From a virus (Duplodnaviria > Caudoviricetes): a DNA stretch of 64,000 nt. Of this stretch, positions 37,534 through 46,032 are shown one piece after another (position 1 is the first letter of the stretch; every line of letters begins with the position of its first letter). Below the pieces are notes generated by a model that searched no databases, was not told the DNA's origin, and saw only the letters and a list, made by a program, of their open reading frames with translations. The DNA lies in the IMG/VR virus record IMGVR_UViG_3300001528_000621, positions 123,849 through 187,848 of that record. One strand, written 5' to 3'. The translations under genes and the position numbers were made by a program.

Positions 37534-40500
37534 TTACAGCTGGTCAGATCCTTCTCTTTTTGCGAGATTAAAGAAGCTTTTTTCTTCTGACGTTATAATA
37601 CGTAACATAGGAGGTAAAGAGTTAAAAGTCTTAGACGTAAACAAGATACAGAGATCTGGAAATTATAGAACAAATTCTCTTGTAGACCGTTTTAGTAGAC
37701 TCTATACCTACAACAGGCAAACACTGTGGAATCCAGCTATTAACTTCCAAACCCTCAGAACTCAGTGTTATGCCGCGTACGAGGCTATGGACACAGATGC
37801 GATTATCTCTTCTGCATTAGATATTCTTGCAGATGAGTGTTTGCTTGTGAATGATAGGGGAGAGATGTTGACTATCAAATCCTCAGATGAGAATATTAAG
37901 AGAGTTCTAGAAAACCTATTCTACGATATTCTTAATATAGAATTCAATCTATGGTCCTGGGTTAGGGGAATGCTTAAGTATGGAGATTTCTTCTTGAAGC
38001 TTGAAATTTCAGAGAAATTCGGAGTTTATAATGTACTTCCTTACTCCGTGTATCATATCTCTAGACAAGAAGGAATAAGCAAAGAAAATCCAACTCAGGT
38101 CGTATTCCAGTTCGATCCAGACGGACTTGCATCTTCTACAGACCCAAATTACGTACCTAAAGACGGACACACTGTAATAACTCTTCAGAACTATGAAGTA
38201 GCTCATTTCAGGTTACTGACGGATACAAACTACCTACCTTACGGTCGATCCTATCTTGAACCTGCTCGAAAGCTGTTCCAGCAGCTAACACTTGCTGAAG
38301 ATGCAGCTTTGATTCATAGAATTATGAGAGCACCGGAGAAAAGAATCTTCTATATCAATGTTGGTCAGATACCACCGAACGAGGTGGAGCAGTTTATGCA
38401 AAAGACTATTAATACGATGAAGAAGACGCCGTATGTTGGAGCCGATGGACAGTACAATCTTAGGTTCAACATGCAGAACATGATGGAGGATTTCTATATT
38501 CCTGTAAGAGGAGGAGATACTTCCACAAAAGTAGAGACAACACCGGGACTTAATTATGACGGTATTACCGATATTAGATATTACCAGGAGAAGCTTTTTG
38601 CAGCGTTAAAAATTCCTAAAGCTTATTTAGGATTTGAAGAATCTTTGTGCGTTGTTCCTGAAACTCAAATCCCACTGTTAAACGGAACTACAAAAACAGT
38701 AGCAGAGCTTATTGAAGACTACGAGAACGGCATTCAAAACTATGTTTATAGTCTTGATGAAAACACTCTACAGGTAGTACCTGGAAAGGTTCAATGGGCT
38801 GGATTTACTCGAAAGCATGCAAACCTTGTTCGTGTCTGGTTAGACAATGAACAGTATCTGGATACAACACCGGATCACCTATTCATGACTAGGGACGGGG
38901 AATGGATAGAAGCTCAAAACCTTACAGAGGGTACCTCATTAATGCCGCTCTATACAGGAACAACTAAATTAGGTTATACAACAGTATATCATCCTGGTTC
39001 TCAAAAATACGAGGAGGTACATAGAATCGTTCCGGAGTATTATGGAGAGATCTCTAAAGGTTCTGGAAAGGTTGTACATCACATAGATTGTAATAAACAT
39101 AATAACTATCCGGAAAATTTAGATTGTTCTATGGATTTTTGGCAGCATAGAGCTTTTCATGCTGCAAGAGCTAAAGATGTCTCTAGAAGGTTGAAAGAGC
39201 AAGGATATTACGAGTCTGAGGTTTGTAAAGAACATGCTCGACGAAACGGTAGACTGGGCGGACAAAAGTCTGCAGAAAAACTCGGTGAGTGGTCTAGAAC
39301 TCATCGTCCCTGGAACTGTATAGAAAGTCGAGACAGATCTTCAGTGGTGTGTCCTGTTTATAGGAAAGAATTTACACCACACTATTACGGTCCTTCCCAA
39401 AAAACTTCTTCAGAAAAAACAAGATTCTGTAGTGTAGACTGTGCAGGACAGTACAGGCATCTTCATCCAGAAGAGTACGGTCTTACTCAAAGTTCAACAA
39501 ATAAGAGAAAGTTTATTGATCTGCAGGAATTTTTCAAGGTAGCTGCTACAGCTAAGAATTTCTACGAGATCATGGAACATTTCAACATAACAAGAAATAC
39601 TTTCAATTCTTTTCTTAAAGATCATGGAATTGATAAGTACGAGCTTGTTTGGGACGTAATGTTAGAAGCTCAGAAGGAGTCTAACTTTATTAGAAATTTC
39701 AAGAAGCGTAGAAACCATAAAGTTGTTCGAGTTGAGATTCTAGAGGAGTGTAGGGACACCTGTGACCTTCGTGTAGAAAATCACCATAATTTTGCAACAG
39801 CAGCTGGTGTGTTCATTCACAACTCCGGTAAAGCTACGCTGTCTGCAGAAGATATACGGTTTGCTAGAACTGTAGAAAGAGTACAGAGAATTGTAGAAGC
39901 AGAGCTTACTAAGATTGCTCTTGTTCATCTATATACGCAGGGATTTACTGGAGAATCTTTAGCAAATTTTGAACTCAAACTTACTACACCTTCTGTTATC
40001 TTTGAACAGGAGAAGATAGCATTACTCAAGGAAAAGGTGGATCTAGCTAACCAGATGTTAGAAACTAAACTATTTCCTTCAGACTACATCTACGAGAATG
40101 TTTTTGGTATTTCTGAGAACGATTACTTGGAAATGAGAGAGCTTGTAAGAGAGGATTCCAAGAGAGCCTTTAGAACTTCTCAGATTGAAAACGAAGGTAA
40201 CGATCCTGCTAAGTCTGGTAAGAGTTACGGAACACCTCATGACCTTGCTTCAATGTACGGTAGAAGGTCGTCACCTGCACCTAAGGGAACAGAGCAAGGT
40301 AAAGTACCTATAAGCTATGAGGAAGATCCTAGACCTCATGCTGATCTTAATCCTCCAGGATCTAATCCAGAGGGTGGAAGACCTAGAATAAGAGCTTCTT
40401 TCAGAGATACTCAAAAAGATCCAGCAGGAGGAGCAGATCCAACAGGAAGAAAAAATATGCACCAACCTTACAAGTCAGATGCTGAGTATGTAATGGAAAG

Positions 40501-40663
40501 TTATTCTCATCCTACTAATATTGATTTTGAATCAGAGATAGAAAAAGATAAGAGAGAAATAGAAGAAGCTCAAAACGTACCCATGTTGAATAATAATACG
40601 GTAAAGATTGATGAGATTCTCTCAAGCATTCCAGAGAACCTATTAAATAGAAAGAACAGTTAA
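37520..40663 (+). CDS. gp20: Portal protein (T4 gp20-like) containing an intein
   Basis: KYGDFF, PYGRSYLE, EDAALIHRIMRAPEKRIFYINVG, EDFYIPVRG, AEDIRFAR. Confidence 0.93.
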   Translation: MAENNYSWSDPSLFARLKKLFSSDVIIRNIGGKELKVLDVNKIQRSGNYRTNSLVDRFSRLYTYNRQTLWNPAINFQTLRTQCYAAYEAMDTDAIISSALDILADECLLVNDRGEMLTIKSSDENIKRVLENLFYDILNIEFNLWSWVRGMLKYGDFFLKLEISEKFGVYNVLPYSVYHISRQEGISKENPTQVVFQFDPDGLASSTDPNYVPKDGHTVITLQNYEVAHFRLLTDTNYLPYGRSYLEPARKLFQQLTLAEDAALIHRIMRAPEKRIFYINVGQIPPNEVEQFMQKTINTMKKTPYVGADGQYNLRFNMQNMMEDFYIPVRGGDTSTKVETTPGLNYDGITDIRYYQEKLFAALKIPKAYLGFEESLCVVPETQIPLLNGTTKTVAELIEDYENGIQNYVYSLDENTLQVVPGKVQWAGFTRKHANLVRVWLDNEQYLDTTPDHLFMTRDGEWIEAQNLTEGTSLMPLYTGTTKLGYTTVYHPGSQKYEEVHRIVPEYYGEISKGSGKVVHHIDCNKHNNYPENLDCSMDFWQHRAFHAARAKDVSRRLKEQGYYESEVCKEHARRNGRLGGQKSAEKLGEWSRTHRPWNCIESRDRSSVVCPVYRKEFTPHYYGPSQKTSSEKTRFCSVDCAGQYRHLHPEEYGLTQSSTNKRKFIDLQEFFKVAATAKNFYEIMEHFNITRNTFNSFLKDHGIDKYELVWDVMLEAQKESNFIRNFKKRRNHKVVRVEILEECRDTCDLRVENHHNFATAAGVFIHNSGKATLSAEDIRFARTVERVQRIVEAELTKIALVHLYTQGFTGESLANFELKLTTPSVIFEQEKIALLKEKVDLANQMLETKLFPSDYIYENVFGISENDYLEMRELVREDSKRAFRTSQIENEGNDPAKSGKSYGTPHDLASMYGRRSSPAPKGTEQGKVPISYEEDPRPHADLNPPGSNPEGGRPRIRASFRDTQKDPAGGADPTGRKNMHQPYKSDAEYVMESYSHPTNIDFESEIEKDKREIEEAQNVPMLNNNTVKIDEILSSIPENLLNRKNS
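38648..39823 (+). mobile_element. Contiguous intein (392 aa) with HNH endonuclease, inside the portal
   Basis: EESL|CVVPET, TTPDH (block B), VHHIDCNKHNNYPENL (HNH), CDLRVENHHNF..IHN|S. Confidence 0.95.
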
Positions 40664-40673
40664 GACTTGATTC

Positions 40674-40680
40674 TATTTAT
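40674..40680 (+). promoter_or_regulatory. Putative late promoter TATTTAT
   Basis: Intergenic, before 40708. Confidence 0.65.
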
Positions 40681-40707
40681 TGGTAGTACATTTAAAACGC
40701 ATTCCTA

Positions 40708-41562
40708 GTGAAAATTAAACATTCGAAGTATAAGAATACGGGATTGATTTATGAACTCCTAGTTAAGCAAATCACATCAGATTTGGTAGCTAGGAAGGAA
40801 TCGCCCGCTATAAACATACTGCGTAGGTATTTTGGAGGGGAAACAGCCTTAACTCAAGAGTTCGGGCTTTATAAGACAATTCAAGAAGCTAAAGGAATAT
40901 CTACAATAAAAGCAGATAGCCTTGTATCAGCTACTCTTCGAGCTTCTAAAAGGATCAATCTTCAGGAACTTAAAAGAATCAAATATAGCCTAATTTCCGA
41001 TATAAAGGAAAACTACGATTTAGAAAACTTCTTCTCTGTAGCTGTACCAGAGTATAAATCTCTTGCAGCTACATATTGTCTTTTTGAAGCTGAGAGATCT
41101 AACGAACTTATTGATCCGAAATCAATAGTTTTAAACAAGACTACTCTACTGGAAAGTATGACATCTCAGACTCAAGACAAGAAGACTATTGAGTCCAACC
41201 TAATTGAAGAGTTTTCAACCTATGATAAAGATCTAAGACTTCTTACTTTTAAAATTCTTCTTGAAAAGTTTAATGAAAAGTATGTAGATCTTCTTCCTGA
41301 ACAGAAAGCTGTTCTAAGTAAGGTAATTGCTCTTGGAACATCTAGAAAGCTTAAAGAGTTTATTAATGAAGAGTTCCAGAAGCTTTCAAAAGAACTCTCA
41401 GGTATTACATCTAAAATGCCTTCTAGTATTGAAAAGATTAAACTTATGGAGGCTGTTAAAATGTTAGAACCTATACCAGCTACAGAAAAAGCTACAGATA
41501 GTCATCTTGTCCGAGTTCTACAGAGTTATGACCTTGTTAATGAACTAAAGAAGTGCGTATGA
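40708..41562 (+). CDS. Conserved head-module protein
   Basis: MKIKHSKYKNTGLIYELLVKQITSD; lies between portal and protease. Confidence 0.75.
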   Translation: MKIKHSKYKNTGLIYELLVKQITSDLVARKESPAINILRRYFGGETALTQEFGLYKTIQEAKGISTIKADSLVSATLRASKRINLQELKRIKYSLISDIKENYDLENFFSVAVPEYKSLAATYCLFEAERSNELIDPKSIVLNKTTLLESMTSQTQDKKTIESNLIEEFSTYDKDLRLLTFKILLEKFNEKYVDLLPEQKAVLSKVIALGTSRKLKEFINEEFQKLSKELSGITSKMPSSIEKIKLMEAVKMLEPIPATEKATDSHLVRVLQSYDLVNELKKCV

Positions 41563-41711
41563 AAGGCTTAACTAAGGGTGCTCTTAGAAAGATGGTACAA
41601 GAAGAGATAACAAAACAGAGACGTCTTCGAGAAGAGAATACAGTAGCTGCTAATCCGGGAATGTCATACAATACACCAAGATTTGTAAAGAGAAACAATA
41701 ATGAACGTTAA
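41559..41711 (+). CDS. Small protein (50 aa) absent from the ORF track
   Basis: MKGLTKGALRKMVQEEITKQRRLREENTVAANPGMSYNTPRFVKRNNNER; ATGA overlap; fills the gap between neighbours. Confidence 0.65.
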   Translation: MKGLTKGALRKMVQEEITKQRRLREENTVAANPGMSYNTPRFVKRNNNER

Positions 41712-43158
41712 TGCAAATTACAAAGCTCTTATAGAGGGTCGAATGTCCAAAGCTGAGTTCCTCAGACAGGCACGACAAGGCCTTCCTCAGTATATTACAA
41801 ACCTTACTTCTTTTGATGATGCTATCAAGGTTTTAAGACATAAGAGTCTTCTTTCTGAGGAACTTGTTTATCAGAACAAAGCTGATCAGTTTCCTCTAGA
41901 GTCTATCCAGAGAGGTATTCGATATGAACTAGAAGCTATGAATCTTCTAGATATTAATACTCCTTCTAAGGAGGAATATAGGAAAGCTAGGGAGAAAGCT
42001 ATTAATAACCTCTGTAAAGATTCTCTTTATTACATAAACAAGGTAGCTGGAAACACTAAAAAGCAAGCTGAAGAGAATCAAGAGAAAGCTGATACTGATG
42101 ATAAATTAAAAGAGGTTAAGCCTAGAAAGAGAAATCTTTCTGAAGGTAGGTATGTAAACGAAGCTTCAACAGACGACAAAACTCTCTTAAACAAAAAGTT
42201 TCTTGATTTGTATATAAAGTATAAAGACGGAAATTATCAGGTAAAGGATAAAGAGACAGGAGAACTTAAACCGGGTAAGCAGCTTGCCCCAGAAACAGCA
42301 GCTCAGAAAGCTTGTATGGTTATTAGAAAAGCTTATAATTCTCCTAGATTCCGACCAGACAGAAATACCATTGCAAGCTGTGCGTCCGGTAGAGGAAAGC
42401 TCCAATATCAAGGAGAGAAGAATGGAGTTCCTTCTTTCAACTATGCTTGGTCTATTTCAGAAAATGAAAACTTAGACGAGTATAGAAAGCCTACAGACTT
42501 CAACGACCCTATTTTCGTTCAGATGTACCAACACTACCTTAAAAAGTATAAAGCTGAAAAGAGACCTAATGCAGAGAAAGAAGCTCGATCAAGAGCTATT
42601 TCATCCTATCAGAAGTATAAGGAAAAGCAAACAGTACAGGAATCTGCAACGCTTTCCAAGAAGAAAATAGAAGAGATGGTACTCAAAGAAAGTATTATAA
42701 ATCTTATTGGTAAAGTTCTAGGAGAGGGAATGATTACTGAAGCTGCTACAGCAAACCTAGCTCAACTCAGTGATGAGAATGCGTCAGTTTCTGAACTTCC
42801 TTCCATTATCAATTCTCTTGAGAACATTGTAACGGAGATAGAATCTTTCTGGCTTAAAGAGCAGCAGAAAATTCAGGGTATTTTTGATTCTCTAGGAAAT
42901 ATTAAAAACGAGGATGGTCTTCCGGTCGGCTATAAGTTTGCCCAGCCAATCATGAAATCTCTCAGTGAAGATTTAGCCCCTGTTCTATCGAAGATTACAT
43001 TAGAATCTATTAACCTTCCTGAAGCTCCTGCACCAGATCAGACACCTGTAAATGATCCTACAGCTGAGCTAGAAGTGCCAGAGAAAGAGACAGTATTTAG
43101 TCCTGCAGATAAAGAGACACCTCTACAAGAGAGCTTTAAACGAAGATATACGAAGTAA
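41701..43158 (+). CDS. Putative internal head/prohead core protein
   Basis: 485 aa; modules separated by LSE/VNE/ISE/LDE/LKE/ITE/LQE. Confidence 0.6.
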   Translation: MNVNANYKALIEGRMSKAEFLRQARQGLPQYITNLTSFDDAIKVLRHKSLLSEELVYQNKADQFPLESIQRGIRYELEAMNLLDINTPSKEEYRKAREKAINNLCKDSLYYINKVAGNTKKQAEENQEKADTDDKLKEVKPRKRNLSEGRYVNEASTDDKTLLNKKFLDLYIKYKDGNYQVKDKETGELKPGKQLAPETAAQKACMVIRKAYNSPRFRPDRNTIASCASGRGKLQYQGEKNGVPSFNYAWSISENENLDEYRKPTDFNDPIFVQMYQHYLKKYKAEKRPNAEKEARSRAISSYQKYKEKQTVQESATLSKKKIEEMVLKESIINLIGKVLGEGMITEAATANLAQLSDENASVSELPSIINSLENIVTEIESFWLKEQQKIQGIFDSLGNIKNEDGLPVGYKFAQPIMKSLSEDLAPVLSKITLESINLPEAPAPDQTPVNDPTAELEVPEKETVFSPADKETPLQESFKRRYTK

Positions 43159-43161
43159 AGA

Positions 43162-43746
43162 ATGAACGTAATAGTTGATACTAGGCCGTTCAAATATAGA
43201 AGAATTCTTACAGAAGCAGAAAATCCTTCAGGAAAATTCATAGTAGAGGGATTAATGCAAGTTGCAGGGGATTCTAACGGAAACGGTCGAATTTACCCTA
43301 GACAAATACTAGAGCGAGAGGTTAGGAAATTTAAGGACACTTTCATTAGACAAGGTAATCCTTTCGGTGAACTTGATCATCCTGAATCACCTATTGTATC
43401 TGTAAAGAATGTGTCTCATGCTATTACAGATTTGTGGTGGGAAGGAAATAACCTAATGGGTCGAGTAGAGGTCCTAAATACACCTTTCGGTAACATTGTA
43501 AAGGAGATACTAAAGGCCGGATACGTCATAGGTATTTCTTCTAGAGGTACAGGATCTCTTACAGAGTTACAAGACGGAAGAGCTATTGTAAATGATGATT
43601 TTGATCTCGTAACTTGGGACTTCGTGTCAAATCCATCGGTTCAGGGAGCTTTTCACAAACAAGTGAATCTAAATGAAGGATTACAGAGATCTGTTAAAAA
43701 TTTCTCGAAAGTTAACGAAATATTAAATGATATTCTCCGGGGATAG
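43162..43746 (+). CDS. gp21: Prohead protease (gp21-like)
   Basis: NGNGRIYP, GELDHP, GISSRGTGS, WDFVSNPS. Confidence 0.93.
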   Translation: MNVIVDTRPFKYRRILTEAENPSGKFIVEGLMQVAGDSNGNGRIYPRQILEREVRKFKDTFIRQGNPFGELDHPESPIVSVKNVSHAITDLWWEGNNLMGRVEVLNTPFGNIVKEILKAGYVIGISSRGTGSLTELQDGRAIVNDDFDLVTWDFVSNPSVQGAFHKQVNLNEGLQRSVKNFSKVNEILNDILRG

Positions 43747-43781
43747 TTTGATTCCTGAAGAAAAATTGCTAAATTAAAGAT

Positions 43782-44570
43782 ATGAAAGATAATTTTGATC
43801 TTAGGGCTTATCTCACAGAGAATAAAATGACTGAAAATTCTCGAGGAGATGGAAGACGTCACTTTGACGGGAAAAACTTAGTTGTAGAAAGCAAGCGAAG
43901 AAATCTTGCAGAACTTGAAATGCCAGCTTATCCTGACCGAGCAGAGGCCGAAGATGAATCTTGGTACAGAGACAGTAAAGAATTTTTCGATGAGTGCGAT
44001 ATGAACCTTAATGAAGCGGGCTATACCGACGATGATGATTTTGATGATGATGATCTCGGATTAGGTGCTGCTCTTGCTGCTGATAAGAATGCTGATAGAG
44101 CTGCAGCTGCTGCTAAGAAAGATATTGATAAGGGCATAAAAGCTGACGAAAAGGATGATGCTGCTCTTGCTGCTGCCGATGCCGCTGATGCTGCTCCTGG
44201 AGATGATGACGATGCTGAAGGAGCACCAGAAGCTGGAGAACTTCCTACAGACGATGCATCTGTGGAAGATTCAGGATCTCTTGAATATGCAAATCAAGTC
44301 AAGTACAATCCAGACTTGGTAGAGCTTGAAATGACACCAGAGGAGTTGAATGCTTATCTTGGACATTTTAGAAGACCTCAAGTTGCTACAAACTACTTGA
44401 ACAGGTGTCTTCGATCAGCTCAGAGGGAGGTTAATGATTCTATCGGACTCAACCACTTGTTCTTGATTCTCGATAGAGGTCTTTACAGAACATCTAGAAG
44501 ACGAGATGGAATTATAATTGCTACTATTAAAGCTGATAAAGCTTATAGAGAGAAGGAATACAATTCATAG
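43782..44570 (+). CDS. Acidic putative internal head protein
   Basis: Starts MKDNFDLRAYLTEN; D/A-rich middle. Confidence 0.65.
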   Translation: MKDNFDLRAYLTENKMTENSRGDGRRHFDGKNLVVESKRRNLAELEMPAYPDRAEAEDESWYRDSKEFFDECDMNLNEAGYTDDDDFDDDDLGLGAALAADKNADRAAAAAKKDIDKGIKADEKDDAALAAADAADAAPGDDDDAEGAPEAGELPTDDASVEDSGSLEYANQVKYNPDLVELEMTPEELNAYLGHFRRPQVATNYLNRCLRSAQREVNDSIGLNHLFLILDRGLYRTSRRRDGIIIATIKADKAYREKEYNS

Positions 44571-44596
44571 GTTATTGTTCATACCTATTTTTCCAT

Positions 44597-44632
44597 GGAA
44601 TCCTGGTTCGAAAGAGCCGGGTTTCCTTTTTT
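44597..44632 (+). terminator. Intrinsic terminator
   Basis: GGAATCCTGGTTC-GAAA-GAGCCGGGTTTCC followed by TTTTTT. Confidence 0.85.
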
Positions 44633-44645
44633 CGGAACTACGACA

Positions 44646-44766
44646 TATTTATTTTCGATTACAAAAGTGGAATCACCAAATACGGACTGCTTCTATAGTC
44701 TGGGGTGAAAGTAAAATATCTTATTACGGCTGTTCAATAGTCGTACGAAAAATCACACAAAGTTTA
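44646..44766 (+). promoter_or_regulatory. TATTTAT promoter plus structured 5' leader of the scaffold-capsid operon
   Basis: TATTTAT at 44646-44652; hairpins at 44673-44708 and 44725-44745. Confidence 0.6.
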
Positions 44767-46002
44767 ATGGCAGTAAAAAAGAAAAACCTTCTCGAGGAAG
44801 CAATCGCTGAGGCTAAGATGGTACGTGAAGCAGCTATTCAGAACGCCACCAGACAGCTTGAAGAGAACCTTACACCAAGCATCAAGGAAATGCTAGCTAA
44901 GAAGCTTGAAGAGGATCTTGACATCAACGAAAGCGAAGAAGAAGACATTAATGAGAACGCTAACTCTGGGTTTAAAGAGGTTAAGCCGAAGAAAAACGTA
45001 AACGAGGAAGAGGATCCTAAGGACGACGAGAATGCTCCTGCAGACGACGAAAACGACGTACCGGCTGACGATGATGCTGATGCAGAGGATGTTCCTGTAG
45101 ATGATGAGTCAGAAGAGGAAGATGTACCTGCAGATGATGACGAAGATAGTGATGTTCCTGCAGAAGAGGAAGATGAGGCGGTAGATGATGATACACCTCT
45201 TAAAGACATTACTCTAGGTGACCTTAGGGACATTATATCAGACCTTGTGGCAGCTAGTGCTGCTCCTACTTCAGGCGGAAACGAAGGTGTTGATCTAGAT
45301 CCGGGCGACGTAGAGGGAGCTGGCGAAGAGACACCTGCTGGTGATCTTGCTGCTTCCGGCGACGAGGATGCTGATCTCCCTGCTGATCCTGCTGCAGCTG
45401 AGGACAGTAACGATGACGATGATGAGATCGACATTTCTGAAATTCTTCGAGAAATCGAGAATGAGGAGAAAGGAAATGCTTGTCCTAAGTGCGGTAAAGA
45501 GCAGTGCGTTTGTAAGGAGAATAAGCAGAATGATGAGATGCCTGAAAACCAGAACGGTAAAGAGCATCACAAAGAGCCGAATGAGGGAGGTCCTAGTCAG
45601 GATAGTGAACTCAATGAAGCTAAGAAGAAGATTGCTAGTCTAAGGAAGAAGAACAAAGAGCTTCAGGAAGGTCTTCAGAAGTGTATGAAGACATTGAAGG
45701 ACATAAACGTTCTTAACAGCAAGCTTACAGTTACTTCTAAGCTCCTTAGTAAACCAAACCTAACTGAATCTCAGAAAGCTAATATCATAGCAACTGTAGA
45801 CAAGGCAAAGAGCTCAAAAGAAGCTATTGCTCTTGGTAAGACTCTTTTAGAGGGTCTAAGAAATCCTAAGAGACAGTCTATTGCAGAGAGTCGAAGAGGA
45901 TCAGCAAGCAGGCCAGCTGGAACTTCAACTTCAGGTGCAACAAATCTTGTTGACGAAGGAATGGTTCGAAGGTTCCAAGAGCTTGCAGGTATTATAAAGT
46001 AG
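44767..46002 (+). CDS. Prohead scaffold/core protein (gp22-like)
   Basis: Likely start is ATG 44767 (MAVKKKNLLEEAIAEAK); acidic middle; coiled coil; RFQELAGI end; directly precedes the capsid gene. Confidence 0.8.
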   Translation: MAVKKKNLLEEAIAEAKMVREAAIQNATRQLEENLTPSIKEMLAKKLEEDLDINESEEEDINENANSGFKEVKPKKNVNEEEDPKDDENAPADDENDVPADDDADAEDVPVDDESEEEDVPADDDEDSDVPAEEEDEAVDDDTPLKDITLGDLRDIISDLVAASAAPTSGGNEGVDLDPGDVEGAGEETPAGDLAASGDEDADLPADPAAAEDSNDDDDEIDISEILREIENEEKGNACPKCGKEQCVCKENKQNDEMPENQNGKEHHKEPNEGGPSQDSELNEAKKKIASLRKKNKELQEGLQKCMKTLKDINVLNSKLTVTSKLLSKPNLTESQKANIIATVDKAKSSKEAIALGKTLLEGLRNPKRQSIAESRRGSASRPAGTSTSGATNLVDEGMVRRFQELAGIIK

Positions 46003-46032
46003 AAACATTAAAAGACAAATTTTAGAGTAAAC

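Noticed and set aside
44518-44766. N-terminal extension of the scaffold ORF as given in the ORF track
   Set aside because: It spans a terminator, the TATTTAT motif and hairpins; ATG 44767 is the plausible start
44838-45434. 198-aa Ser-rich - strand ORF and the other short antisense or nested ORFs in the track
   Set aside because: Shadows of biased + strand codons inside well-supported genes
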